Of a DNA stretch of 64,000 nucleotides, positions 47,558 to 55,021 are shown piece by piece. The DNA is from Patescibacteria group bacterium. GTDB lineage: Bacteria; Patescibacteriota; Patescibacteriia; Patescibacteriales; UBA12465. Position numbers and translations under genes: made by a program. The notes beneath the pieces are model-generated. The model was not told the DNA's origin. It did not search any database and worked only from the letters and a program-made list of their open reading frames with translations. Within the stretch, counting starts at the first letter, position 1. Each line of letters opens with the position of its first letter. Where the stretch lies: the NCBI GenBank assembly GCA_023229115.1, contig JALNZW010000001.1, positions 70,861 to 134,860 on the forward strand. The letters are read 5' to 3'.

Positions 47558-49510
47558 ATGAGAGTTTTAAAGATTTTAAGACAAAATATTCTAACAGTTT
47601 CTCTTTTTTTTATTTCCAGCATTGCTATCATTGGATCTTTTTTGTATTATTTCTGGGCTTTAAATAATTTTTCTTATTTTATTCTTTTATTTTTAAGCCT
47701 TTTGGTTAGTACTGTCTTTTTTTATTTTATCATTTATAAGTCTTATCGGCAAGAAAAAGAGTTAAATAATAATTTAAATTCAAAGACTCTTTTTATAAAT
47801 TTTTCTCTTTTTTTATTAGCTTTCTTTTTGTTTATTTCTTTAATATTGGCTCTATCTGGGGCTTCTAGCGATTTAGCCATAATATCTCCTTGGCATCTTA
47901 TTCCTAATTATTTTTATTTACTTTTATTTGTTTTTTTATCTTTATTGTTTATTTCTTTTTATCTTAATTCCTCTTTTTCTAAAATATTAATTATTTTAGC
48001 TTATTTTCTTTTTTTCTCAATTTCTTTCTTTGTTTATAAAATAGCTTTTGGCTATGATCAATTACTTCATCAAAGAGCTTTAAGTGAAATATTGCAGTTT
48101 GGTTTTATAAATCCCAAAACTTTTTATTATATTGGACAATACTCTTTAGAATTCTTTTTAATTAAAACCTTGCCTTTTTCATTGGAGTTTATTAGTCGAA
48201 GCTTGGTTCCGGTTTTATCAGCTCTTTTTATTCCTTTAAGTTTCTTTAAGGTTTTTAAAAATAAAATAAGCTCTAATTATTATTACTTATTAATTTTATT
48301 ATTACTTCTACCTTTTTCTATTTTTACTTATACTGTTCCACAGAATTTAGCTTTCTTCTTTTTAACTATTTTAATTATTTTTTCTTTAGATAAAGATTTT
48401 ATTTCAGAAAGAAAAAATTACATATTCTTGTCCGCCTTGGCCTTAGCTTCCTTTTTTGTTCATCCTTTAGCGGGCATTCCAGCAGTTATTTTTGTAGTGA
48501 TAATGTTTTTTTCCTTTTGTCATCCCAGCGAGCCACGTTTTACGTGGCGAAAGCTGGGATCCAGATCAAGAGGAATAAGACTTTTATTAATTTCTGGTCT
48601 TTATCTTGCTCAAATATTTATTTTGCCAATTCTTTTGTTTTTTGTTGGCGGAAAATTAGCTTGGCCACAAATTGGTTTTCAGTTTTTGATTCCTAAATTT
48701 TTGGGACAAGAAAATATTTATTTAAACACTGTCTATTTTTTATTTTTCAATAGATTTTATTTATTTTTTGTTTTGTTTTTAATTGGACTTTATTTCTGGA
48801 TTAAAAAGAGAAGGGAGGCATGGTCTAATATTTATTTATATAATTTCTTAGCCTTATTTTTATCTTATATTTTAAGCTTATTTGTTTCTTTTCCGTTTTT
48901 AAGTGCTATTGATAAAAATTCTTATTCCCAAAGAGTTCTAATTATTTCTTTATTGTTTTTAATTCCAATCTTTTTGAATTTATTTTTAGAAATTATTGAA
49001 AGAGTTAAAAAACAAGAAAAAAACTTTAAATTTTATTCTATCCTGTTCTTGTTGTTGTTTTTGCTATCATCACTTTATTTAAATTATCCACGTAAAGATA
49101 ATTATTTTAATTCTCGTGGTTATTCAGTTTCTAGCTCTGATTTTGAGGCAGTAAAATTGATTGAGGATGTTAAAATTAATGATAATTATATAGTTTTAGC
49201 CAATCAACAAGTGGGCGCAGCCGCTATTAAAGAGTTGGGGTTTAAGAGATATTATGACGGTTGGCTATATTATTCAGTTCAAACTGGTGGCTTGTTTTAT
49301 GATTATTATTTAAAAATGTTAGATAACCCAGACAGGAAATTAGTAAAAGAGCTTTTATCTCAAGTAGAAGCTGACAATGCTTATCTTGTAGTTAATGACT
49401 ATTGGTGGGCTTATGAGCGAATAATAAATGAGATGAAAGTTGAGGCTGATAATTATTATCAAACGAGCGACGGAAAGGTTTCGGTATTTCATTTTGATTT
49501 TGTTAAATAA
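47558..49510 (+). CDS. Large polytopic membrane protein with C-terminal soluble domain (possible GT-C-type glycosyltransferase)
   Basis: 650 aa. More than 12 hydrophobic segments, then a C-terminal domain of about 150 aa. Divergently adjacent to two GT4 genes. Family not recognised; the GT-C idea is architecture-based only. Confidence 0.65.
   Translation: MRVLKILRQNILTVSLFFISSIAIIGSFLYYFWALNNFSYFILLFLSLLVSTVFFYFIIYKSYRQEKELNNNLNSKTLFINFSLFLLAFFLFISLILALSGASSDLAIISPWHLIPNYFYLLLFVFLSLLFISFYLNSSFSKILIILAYFLFFSISFFVYKIAFGYDQLLHQRALSEILQFGFINPKTFYYIGQYSLEFFLIKTLPFSLEFISRSLVPVLSALFIPLSFFKVFKNKISSNYYYLLILLLLLPFSIFTYTVPQNLAFFFLTILIIFSLDKDFISERKNYIFLSALALASFFVHPLAGIPAVIFVVIMFFSFCHPSEPRFTWRKLGSRSRGIRLLLISGLYLAQIFILPILLFFVGGKLAWPQIGFQFLIPKFLGQENIYLNTVYFLFFNRFYLFFVLFLIGLYFWIKKRREAWSNIYLYNFLALFLSYILSLFVSFPFLSAIDKNSYSQRVLIISLLFLIPIFLNLFLEIIERVKKQEKNFKFYSILFLLLFLLSSLYLNYPRKDNYFNSRGYSVSSSDFEAVKLIEDVKINDNYIVLANQQVGAAAIKELGFKRYYDGWLYYSVQTGGLFYDYYLKMLDNPDRKLVKELLSQVEADNAYLVVNDYWWAYERIINEMKVEADNYYQTSDGKVSVFHFDFVK
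48523..48559. repeat. GC-rich nested palindromic element inside a coding sequence
   Basis: TCCCAGC-GA-GCCACGT-TTT-ACGTGGC-GAAA-GCTGGGA. Translated in frame as ..HPSEPRFTWRKLGS.. within a hydrophilic loop. Confidence 0.7.
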
Positions 49511-49535
49511 AAAATAAAAAACATATTAGTATTTA

Positions 49536-49566
49536 AAACCATTATAAAAAAATAATGGTTTTTTTA
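49536..49566 (+). terminator. Intrinsic terminator
   Basis: AACCATTAT (49537-49545) / ATAATGGTT (49552-49560) stem followed by a T-run. Confidence 0.6.
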
Positions 49567-49620
49567 TTATTAATTTAGGCTTAATTTAATTCATTTGTAC
49601 TATACATTATATAAGCTTGT

Positions 49621-49649
49621 TTGACTTAGAAATAATTTTAATATAATAT
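49621..49649 (+). promoter_or_regulatory. sigma70-type promoter
   Basis: TTGACT (49621-49626), then either TATAAT (49642-49647, 15-nt spacer) or TAATAT (49644-49649, 17-nt spacer). Confidence 0.45.
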
Positions 49650-49650
49650 A

Positions 49651-49676
49651 TCAATATAACAATTTTGTTATATTGA
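49651..49676 (+). promoter_or_regulatory. Perfect 26-bp palindrome (operator-like)
   Basis: TCAATATAACAA-TT-TTGTTATATTGA, directly between the promoter and the toxin gene. Confidence 0.55.
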
Positions 49677-49689
49677 TTTGAAGCTATCA

Positions 49690-50055
49690 ATGAACAAAAT
49701 TAAAGAATATTTAAATTCTAGAGGTGATAATATTGTTTTTGTGTATGTAAATAATTTAACTAAAACTGGTAGACTGGATCATGCCAAAAAAATGTTAAAA
49801 ACAATAGAAAGGCTAGAAAATAATAATTTCGAATTATTATTAAAAATAAAATTAGCTAAAAAGCTAAAAGGATTTAATAATATATTTGAACTTATTGTCA
49901 ACTGGAAGGACGCTAATTATAGAATATTTTTTTCTATTATAAATAATATTTTTTATTTAACTAATATTTTTAATAAGAAAAAACAAAAGACGTCTTCAAA
50001 GGAAATGAAATTGTCAGAAAAAAGAAAAAATGAAATTATAAATAATTTAAAATAA
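49690..50055 (+). CDS. RelE/HigB-like (Gp49-type) toxin
   Basis: Track ORF starts at TTG 49678 inside the palindrome; the ATG at 49690 (MNKIKEYL) is preferred. LKGFNNIFELIV...ANYRIFFSIINNIFYLTNIFNKK fits the HigB/Gp49 pattern. Followed 1 nt later by an XRE gene. Confidence 0.65.
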   Translation: MNKIKEYLNSRGDNIVFVYVNNLTKTGRLDHAKKMLKTIERLENNNFELLLKIKLAKKLKGFNNIFELIVNWKDANYRIFFSIINNIFYLTNIFNKKKQKTSSKEMKLSEKRKNEIINNLK

Positions 50056-50056
50056 T

Positions 50057-50368
50057 ATGAGTACTAATAATTTAAAAAAAGAATTATTTAAAAACAAAAA
50101 GTTCAAAAAATATTATAATAATTCATCTGATTTAAATTTAGAAATATCAGAAAGCATTATTAGTGCCAGGCTAAAAAATGGTCTTACTCAAGAAGAGTTA
50201 GCTGGGCTTCTTAACACTAAACAATCTAGTATTTCCAGGTTGGAGAGGGGTTTGTCTTTGCCTAGTTTAAGTTTTTTATTAAAAATTGCTGAGGTTTTAG
50301 GTATGAGATTGTCAGCTCCAAAATTTTTTACTTACCCTGTTAATACTTCTTGTAAGAGTAGTGTCTAG
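50057..50368 (+). CDS. XRE-family HTH antitoxin (HigA-like)
   Basis: 103 aa. RLKNGLTQEELAGLLNTKQSSISRLERG. Confidence 0.8.
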   Translation: MSTNNLKKELFKNKKFKKYYNNSSDLNLEISESIISARLKNGLTQEELAGLLNTKQSSISRLERGLSLPSLSFLLKIAEVLGMRLSAPKFFTYPVNTSCKSSV

Positions 50369-50469
50369 TGTTTTTGATTACTTAATTCTGTTATTATTTT
50401 TATTAAAAATTTAAATTAGATTTAAATAAATTTTGTTAAAATAAATAAATTATATTTATTAATTTATTT

Positions 50470-50607
50470 ATGGGGAAGAACAATTTATGCTTTATTGATG
50501 GTCAAAATTTATATATTGGTACAAAATTAGAAGAAGATCCTTGGATTATTGATTTCAAAAAATTAAGAAAATACTTAAAGAAAAAATATAAAATCAAAAT
50601 TGAGTAA
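50470..50607 (+). pseudogene. Remnant of an NYN-domain (LabA-like) gene
   Basis: My translation is MGKNNLCFIDGQNLYIGTKLEEDPWIIDFKKLRKYLKKKYKIKIE* (45 aa). This resembles only the first part of NYN/LabA proteins (..FIDGQNLY..). Confidence 0.4.
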
Positions 50608-50612
50608 AAAAC

Positions 50613-50642
50613 AAAAACCACTAGAAAACTAGTGGTTTTTTG
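50613..50642 (+). terminator. Intrinsic terminator
   Basis: CCACTAG (50618-50624) / CTAGTGG (50629-50635), with an A-run before and T6 after. Confidence 0.6.
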
Positions 50643-50753
50643 TTAAAAAGGGAATCTCCACTTAGGCTAAGCCAATGTCTTGAGGCCCTCTTCGTATGTA
50701 TGTCCTTACTATAGCAAATTTTTTATAAAAAATCAATAGTTATTTTTATAAAT

Positions 50754-50783
50754 AAAAAAAGGAAACTTGATGTTTCCTTTTTA
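50754..50783. terminator. Bidirectional intrinsic terminator
   Basis: A7, GGAAAC (50761-50766) / GTTTCC (50772-50777), then T-run. Serves the minus-strand genes ending at 50823. Confidence 0.55.
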
Positions 50784-50822
50784 AGAATTTTTTATTTTAC
50801 GACCTCCAAACTATTACTTTTC

Positions 50823-50996
50823 TTATTTAAAGTTAATAGCTAAAGATATCACTCCCTTTATTTTACCATCTTCAAGATCATAAAGAGGTGCTCCCCATAA
50901 AGTAAAACCTTCTAAAACTTTTATTTCTATTCTTGGACCCACTTCGTTGAATCTTCTAGCCATTAGACCGGCAGAGATTTTTTTCCACGACTTCAT
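50823..50996 (-). CDS. 57-aa ORF continuing the upstream secreted-protein gene (ATGA overlap)
   Basis: Below the track threshold. My translation is MKSWKKISAGLMARRFNEVGPRIEIKVLEGFTLWGAPLYDLEDGKIKGVISLAINFK*. Its ATG overlaps the TGA of ORF 50993-51475, and a terminator follows. Confidence 0.35.
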   Translation of the reverse strand: MKSWKKISAGLMARRFNEVGPRIEIKVLEGFTLWGAPLYDLEDGKIKGVISLAINFK

Positions 50997-51475
50997 TGCT
51001 TGAGTGTGGTACCAATAGTTATCGTCTCCTTGTCCTTTTCAGCTACTAAAAGGAAATGCATTCCAGGTTTAAAGGCTATAAAAGCGCTTGTTGCCATTCG
51101 GAATTTATTTCCACCAGTTTCGATACCAGCTGAAATAGAAAAGCATGAATTGGGGGTAGGCGAGAACGTTGGTCCAAAATTTGCCTCAGCCCAACCAGCC
51201 TCGCTTATTAAAGAAAAAAAAGTCAGACCAAATTTTTCGTTAAAATTTTTACTGGCAGAAAAATTGATTACTGAAGTAATTTTTTCTTCATTAATTTGAC
51301 CGAAAAATTCCATCTTTTGTCCTGAGACAGAAAAAAGAGTTGAAACTAAAAGTAGGGAAGAAAGTAATAGATTTTTTATTTTTTTGGTTTTTTTAAGTTC
51401 AACAATTAGATTATTTAGTAAAATCTTTTTGTTAAATGATCTTGCTAAATAATCTAATTTTAAACTATTTTTCAA
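50993..51475 (-). CDS. Hypothetical secreted protein
   Basis: 160-aa ORF. An internal signal-peptide-like stretch (KKIKNLLLSSLLLVSTLFSVSG) suggests the true start is downstream of the annotated Met. No family recognised. Confidence 0.5.
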   Translation of the reverse strand: MKNSLKLDYLARSFNKKILLNNLIVELKKTKKIKNLLLSSLLLVSTLFSVSGQKMEFFGQINEEKITSVINFSASKNFNEKFGLTFFSLISEAGWAEANFGPTFSPTPNSCFSISAGIETGGNKFRMATSAFIAFKPGMHFLLVAEKDKETITIGTTLKQ

Positions 51476-51581
51476 AGTACAAGCACTAACCTCAAATTAT
51501 ATCATATTTAAACTATTTTGTCAATATCGACAAAAAGCTTAATTATTATTATACTTTTATTATAAAATTAAGCTTAATTGA

Positions 51582-52325
51582 ATGGAAAATATTGAAAAAC
51601 ATAAACAAAACTGGGAAAAATTAGGTGAACTTGATCCTTTATGGGCGGTTTTATCTGATAATAACAAAAGATTCAATAATTGGAATTTAGAAGAATTTTT
51701 AGCCACCGGTTTGTCTGAAGTGGAAAATGTTTTTACTGTTATGCAAGAATTAAAACTCGGACAGGAGAGGGGGAGAATGCTTGATTTTGGCTGTGGTGTG
51801 GGACGTTTGGCTCGTCATTGGTTAAAATATTTTGATAAATATGTTGGATCAGATATATCATCTAAAATGCTAGAAAGAGCTTTAAAAATAAATCAAGATT
51901 TATCAGTTGAGTTTTATGAAAATCAGGATGATTTGAAGATATTTGAAGATAATAAGTTTGAGTTTATTTATTCCGGAATAGTTTTACAACACATGCCTAG
52001 TAGAGAGATTATTAAAAAATATATTTTAGAGTTTTATAGAATTTTAAAAGAAGATGGAGTTTTGGTTTTTCAACTACCGGCTAAAATTCCTTGGCGTTTT
52101 CGTTTACAGCCAATTAGAAAAGTTTATTCTGCCTTGAGATTTTTAGGGTTAAGTGACGACTTTCTTTATAACCATCTTGGACTTTATCCAATTAAAATGA
52201 ATTTTATTTCTGAAAATGATATGAAAAATTTTTTGGAAAAAGTTGGTTTTAAAGTTTTGAATATCAAAAACGATACTTATTGTGGTCCAAATGTTGAAAG
52301 TAGAACCTATTATTGCCAGAAATAA
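51582..52325 (+). CDS. Class I SAM-dependent methyltransferase
   Basis: 247 aa. MLDFGCGVGRLARH motif I and FEFIYSGIVLQHM. Confidence 0.8.
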   Translation: MENIEKHKQNWEKLGELDPLWAVLSDNNKRFNNWNLEEFLATGLSEVENVFTVMQELKLGQERGRMLDFGCGVGRLARHWLKYFDKYVGSDISSKMLERALKINQDLSVEFYENQDDLKIFEDNKFEFIYSGIVLQHMPSREIIKKYILEFYRILKEDGVLVFQLPAKIPWRFRLQPIRKVYSALRFLGLSDDFLYNHLGLYPIKMNFISENDMKNFLEKVGFKVLNIKNDTYCGPNVESRTYYCQK

Positions 52326-52368
52326 ATAATTAAAAATTTATTTTAAGTACTATAATATTTATATAATA

Positions 52369-52404
52369 AGACTATCAAGACTATTAGGACTATTAAGAGT
52401 ATTA
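52369..52404. repeat. Four tandem 9-bp units
   Basis: AGACTATCA AGACTATTA GGACTATTA AGAGTATTA, about 100 nt upstream of the pilin gene at 52503. Confidence 0.6.
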
Positions 52405-52502
52405 TTATATTTTTTTATCTTAAAATCCTTAAATATTATAATTCTTCTAAATATCCTAAAAACAATATTGATATAATCATAATAAGTTAATTTTAAAACT
52501 CT

Positions 52503-53780
52503 ATGTTTAAAAAAAGACGAGCCTTCACCCTCGTTGAACTGTTAGTAGCGGTAGCTATCATTGGCATACTCGCTACTTTAGCGGTAGTAGCTCTACAACA
52601 AGCTCGTTCTAGAGCTAGAGACAGCAAAAGAGTAGCTGATATCAAGCAAATTCAGACAGCTTTGGAATTGTTTTTTAATGAATACAATAGATATCCAAGT
52701 AGTAATGAGTGGAGTAGTAATGTAATAGGCACAAGTACTAATAATATATATATGCATTCCATTCCCGAAGCACCAAAAACTATTGATGGTGATTGCGAGA
52801 TGGGAGACTATATATATTCCTTGGTTGATGATGGTTTAAGTTATCAGATAAATTTTTGTATAGGAAGACAAGTCTCTGATTTGCCAGCGGGTAATTTATG
52901 TGCTAGTCCAGGTGGTATAAACTATTGTGGTATTCAAGACGAAGAAATTGGTGAAACTATTACTTATATTCTAAACTTCGATGCTCAAGGTGGTACTGTT
53001 AATCCTTTATTCAAAGAAGTCGTTTATAATCAAGCAATAGGGGAGCTTCCTATTCCAACAAGAGAATATTATGTTTTTTTAGAATGGAACACTCAAGCCG
53101 ACGGCAGTGGAGATACTTATGAATCTAACACAATATATATTAATGAAAATAATTCAATTATTTATGCTATTTGGGAATTTGTTTGTGAGGGTGCTATTCC
53201 TTTTGAAGGTTTAAATTATAATTTAGTTGAAGCTCTTGATGGAAAGTGTTGGCTTGATAGAAATTTAGGAGCTAGTGCCGTAGGTTCTGTTGGTTGGATG
53301 TATCAGTGGGGAAGATTAAAAGACGGTCATCAATTGTATAATAGTAATACAACTACGATTTTATCTTCTAGTACGAATCCTGGAAATTCTAATTTTATTA
53401 TAAACACTTCTCATCCTAGAAATTGGTTAAATTACAGAGATAACACACTTTGGCAAGGGGTGCATGGTGGTAATAATCCATGCCCACCAGACTTTAGGGT
53501 TCCCACTATATTTGAATGGCAAAATTTTGTTTCTGCTGAAAATATTAGCAATAATAGTAATGCTTATAATTCTTCATTAAAATTACCTAGTTATAAAGAG
53601 CGTTATTCAAGTGGTAGTTATAGAATCACTTCATTTGATGAAGCTAATTATTGGTCCAGTAGTCCAGTATCTTCTTATCCAGATTATTCTTATTATTTGC
53701 GCATAACACATGAAGAGGTTTATACCACTGGCTATACCTTTAGAGCAACTGGATTTACAGTAAGGTGTATAAGAAATTAG
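52503..53780 (+). CDS. Type IV pilin-like protein fused to a Listeria-Bacteroides repeat and a FISUMP-type domain
   Basis: 425 aa. MFKKRRA/FTLVELLVAVAIIGILA. YILNFDAQGGTV...YVFLEWNTQADGSG...IIYAIW. CWLDRNLGA...YQWGR...CPPDFRVPT..EW...YWSSS...GFTVRCI. Confidence 0.8.
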   Translation: MFKKRRAFTLVELLVAVAIIGILATLAVVALQQARSRARDSKRVADIKQIQTALELFFNEYNRYPSSNEWSSNVIGTSTNNIYMHSIPEAPKTIDGDCEMGDYIYSLVDDGLSYQINFCIGRQVSDLPAGNLCASPGGINYCGIQDEEIGETITYILNFDAQGGTVNPLFKEVVYNQAIGELPIPTREYYVFLEWNTQADGSGDTYESNTIYINENNSIIYAIWEFVCEGAIPFEGLNYNLVEALDGKCWLDRNLGASAVGSVGWMYQWGRLKDGHQLYNSNTTTILSSSTNPGNSNFIINTSHPRNWLNYRDNTLWQGVHGGNNPCPPDFRVPTIFEWQNFVSAENISNNSNAYNSSLKLPSYKERYSSGSYRITSFDEANYWSSSPVSSYPDYSYYLRITHEEVYTTGYTFRATGFTVRCIRN

Positions 53781-53840
53781 CTGATATTTATTTTTATCAA
53801 TCAAAACTAAGTTTATTAAAAACTATTTTTTTAAAAAATA

Positions 53841-54947
53841 ATGGAAAATCTAATCAAAAAACTTAATGAGCTAAGAGAAAAGGTTTTACAAGTTAAAGAA
53901 ACTTTGAATATTGAAAGAAAAAAAGTTAGAGCCAAAGACTTAAATTTTTTAATTTCTCAAGATAATTTTTGGCAAAACAATGAGGAGGCGGTAAAAGTTA
54001 CTCAAGAATTAGAAGATTTAAAAACGGAAATAAATAATTTTGAAGAGCTAGAAAAAGAAATTAGAGAAATGGAGGAATTGGCTGCTTTGTCAGGAGAGTA
54101 TCAGGATGATTCAGTTTATGAAGAGATTAGTAACAAATTTCAAGAGTTAGAAAAAAAATTTAAAAAATTAGAATTTTTACTTTTGTTTTCAGAAAATCAA
54201 GATAATAGTTCGGCTATAGTTTCTGTTCATGCTGGAACTGGTGGAGTTGATGCTCAGGATTGGGCTGAAATGTTAGAAAGAATGTATTTAAGGTTTGCTG
54301 AAAAAAAGGGTTTTAAAATAGAAATATTAGACAGGGTGGTAGCTAATGAGGCTGGCATTAAAAATTCTACTTTTAGAATAAGTGGTGCTTATGCCTATGG
54401 TTATTTTAAGAGCGAAAACGGGGTACATCGTTTGGTGCGCATTTCTCCTTTTGACGCTGAACAAATGAGACATACTTCTTTTGCTGGTGTTGAAGTTATT
54501 CCCGAATTAAAAGATAATTCTTTTATTGATATAGATGAGAAAGATTTAAGAATAGATGTTTATCGTTCGTCTGGCCCTGGAGGGCAAAGTGTTAATACTA
54601 CTGATTCAGCTGTTCGTATTGTTCATATTCCAAGCAATATTTCAGTTGCTTGCCAGAGTGAACGATCTCAGCACCAAAATAAAGAGAGAGCTCTGGCTGT
54701 TTTAAAGTCAAAGCTTTATAAAAAACAACAAGAAGAAAGAGATGAAAAAGAAAAACAAATAAAGGGTGGTGCCGGACAAGGTACTTGGGGCAAGCAGATT
54801 AGGTCTTATGTTTTTCAACCCTATCAAATGGTTAAAGATCATCGTACCAATTTGTCAGTAAGCGACATTTCTAGTGTTATGGACGGGGATTTAGATTCTT
54901 TTATCGAATCCTATTTGTCTTTGCTTTTAAAAAATAAAAATAAATAG
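53841..54947 (+). CDS. prfB: Peptide chain release factor 2
   Basis: 368 aa. SPF tripeptide (RISPFDA) and GGQ (SGPGGQSVNTTDSAVRIVHIP). One uninterrupted frame, so no +1 frameshift site. Confidence 0.95.
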   Translation: MENLIKKLNELREKVLQVKETLNIERKKVRAKDLNFLISQDNFWQNNEEAVKVTQELEDLKTEINNFEELEKEIREMEELAALSGEYQDDSVYEEISNKFQELEKKFKKLEFLLLFSENQDNSSAIVSVHAGTGGVDAQDWAEMLERMYLRFAEKKGFKIEILDRVVANEAGIKNSTFRISGAYAYGYFKSENGVHRLVRISPFDAEQMRHTSFAGVEVIPELKDNSFIDIDEKDLRIDVYRSSGPGGQSVNTTDSAVRIVHIPSNISVACQSERSQHQNKERALAVLKSKLYKKQQEERDEKEKQIKGGAGQGTWGKQIRSYVFQPYQMVKDHRTNLSVSDISSVMDGDLDSFIESYLSLLLKNKNK

Positions 54948-55021
54948 TTTATTACTTATTTATCTTTATTTTTATTATTTTTTATTAATCTTTTTTTATA
55001 ATACCGTTTTAGACGGTATTT

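Noticed and set aside
53841-54947. Alternative genetic code (UGA recoding) and the programmed +1 frameshift usually found in prfB.
   Set aside because: RF2, which decodes UGA, is present as one uninterrupted 368-aa frame. Long conserved genes (secA, typA, the histidine kinase) have no in-frame TGA. Both points are consistent with the standard code and a non-frameshifted prfB.
55001-55019. Hairpin ATACCGT-TTTAG-ACGGTAT just before the comEC start, as a prfB terminator or translational regulator.
   Set aside because: It is only a 7-bp AT-rich stem with no clean U-tract. A role cannot be distinguished from chance in AT-rich sequence.
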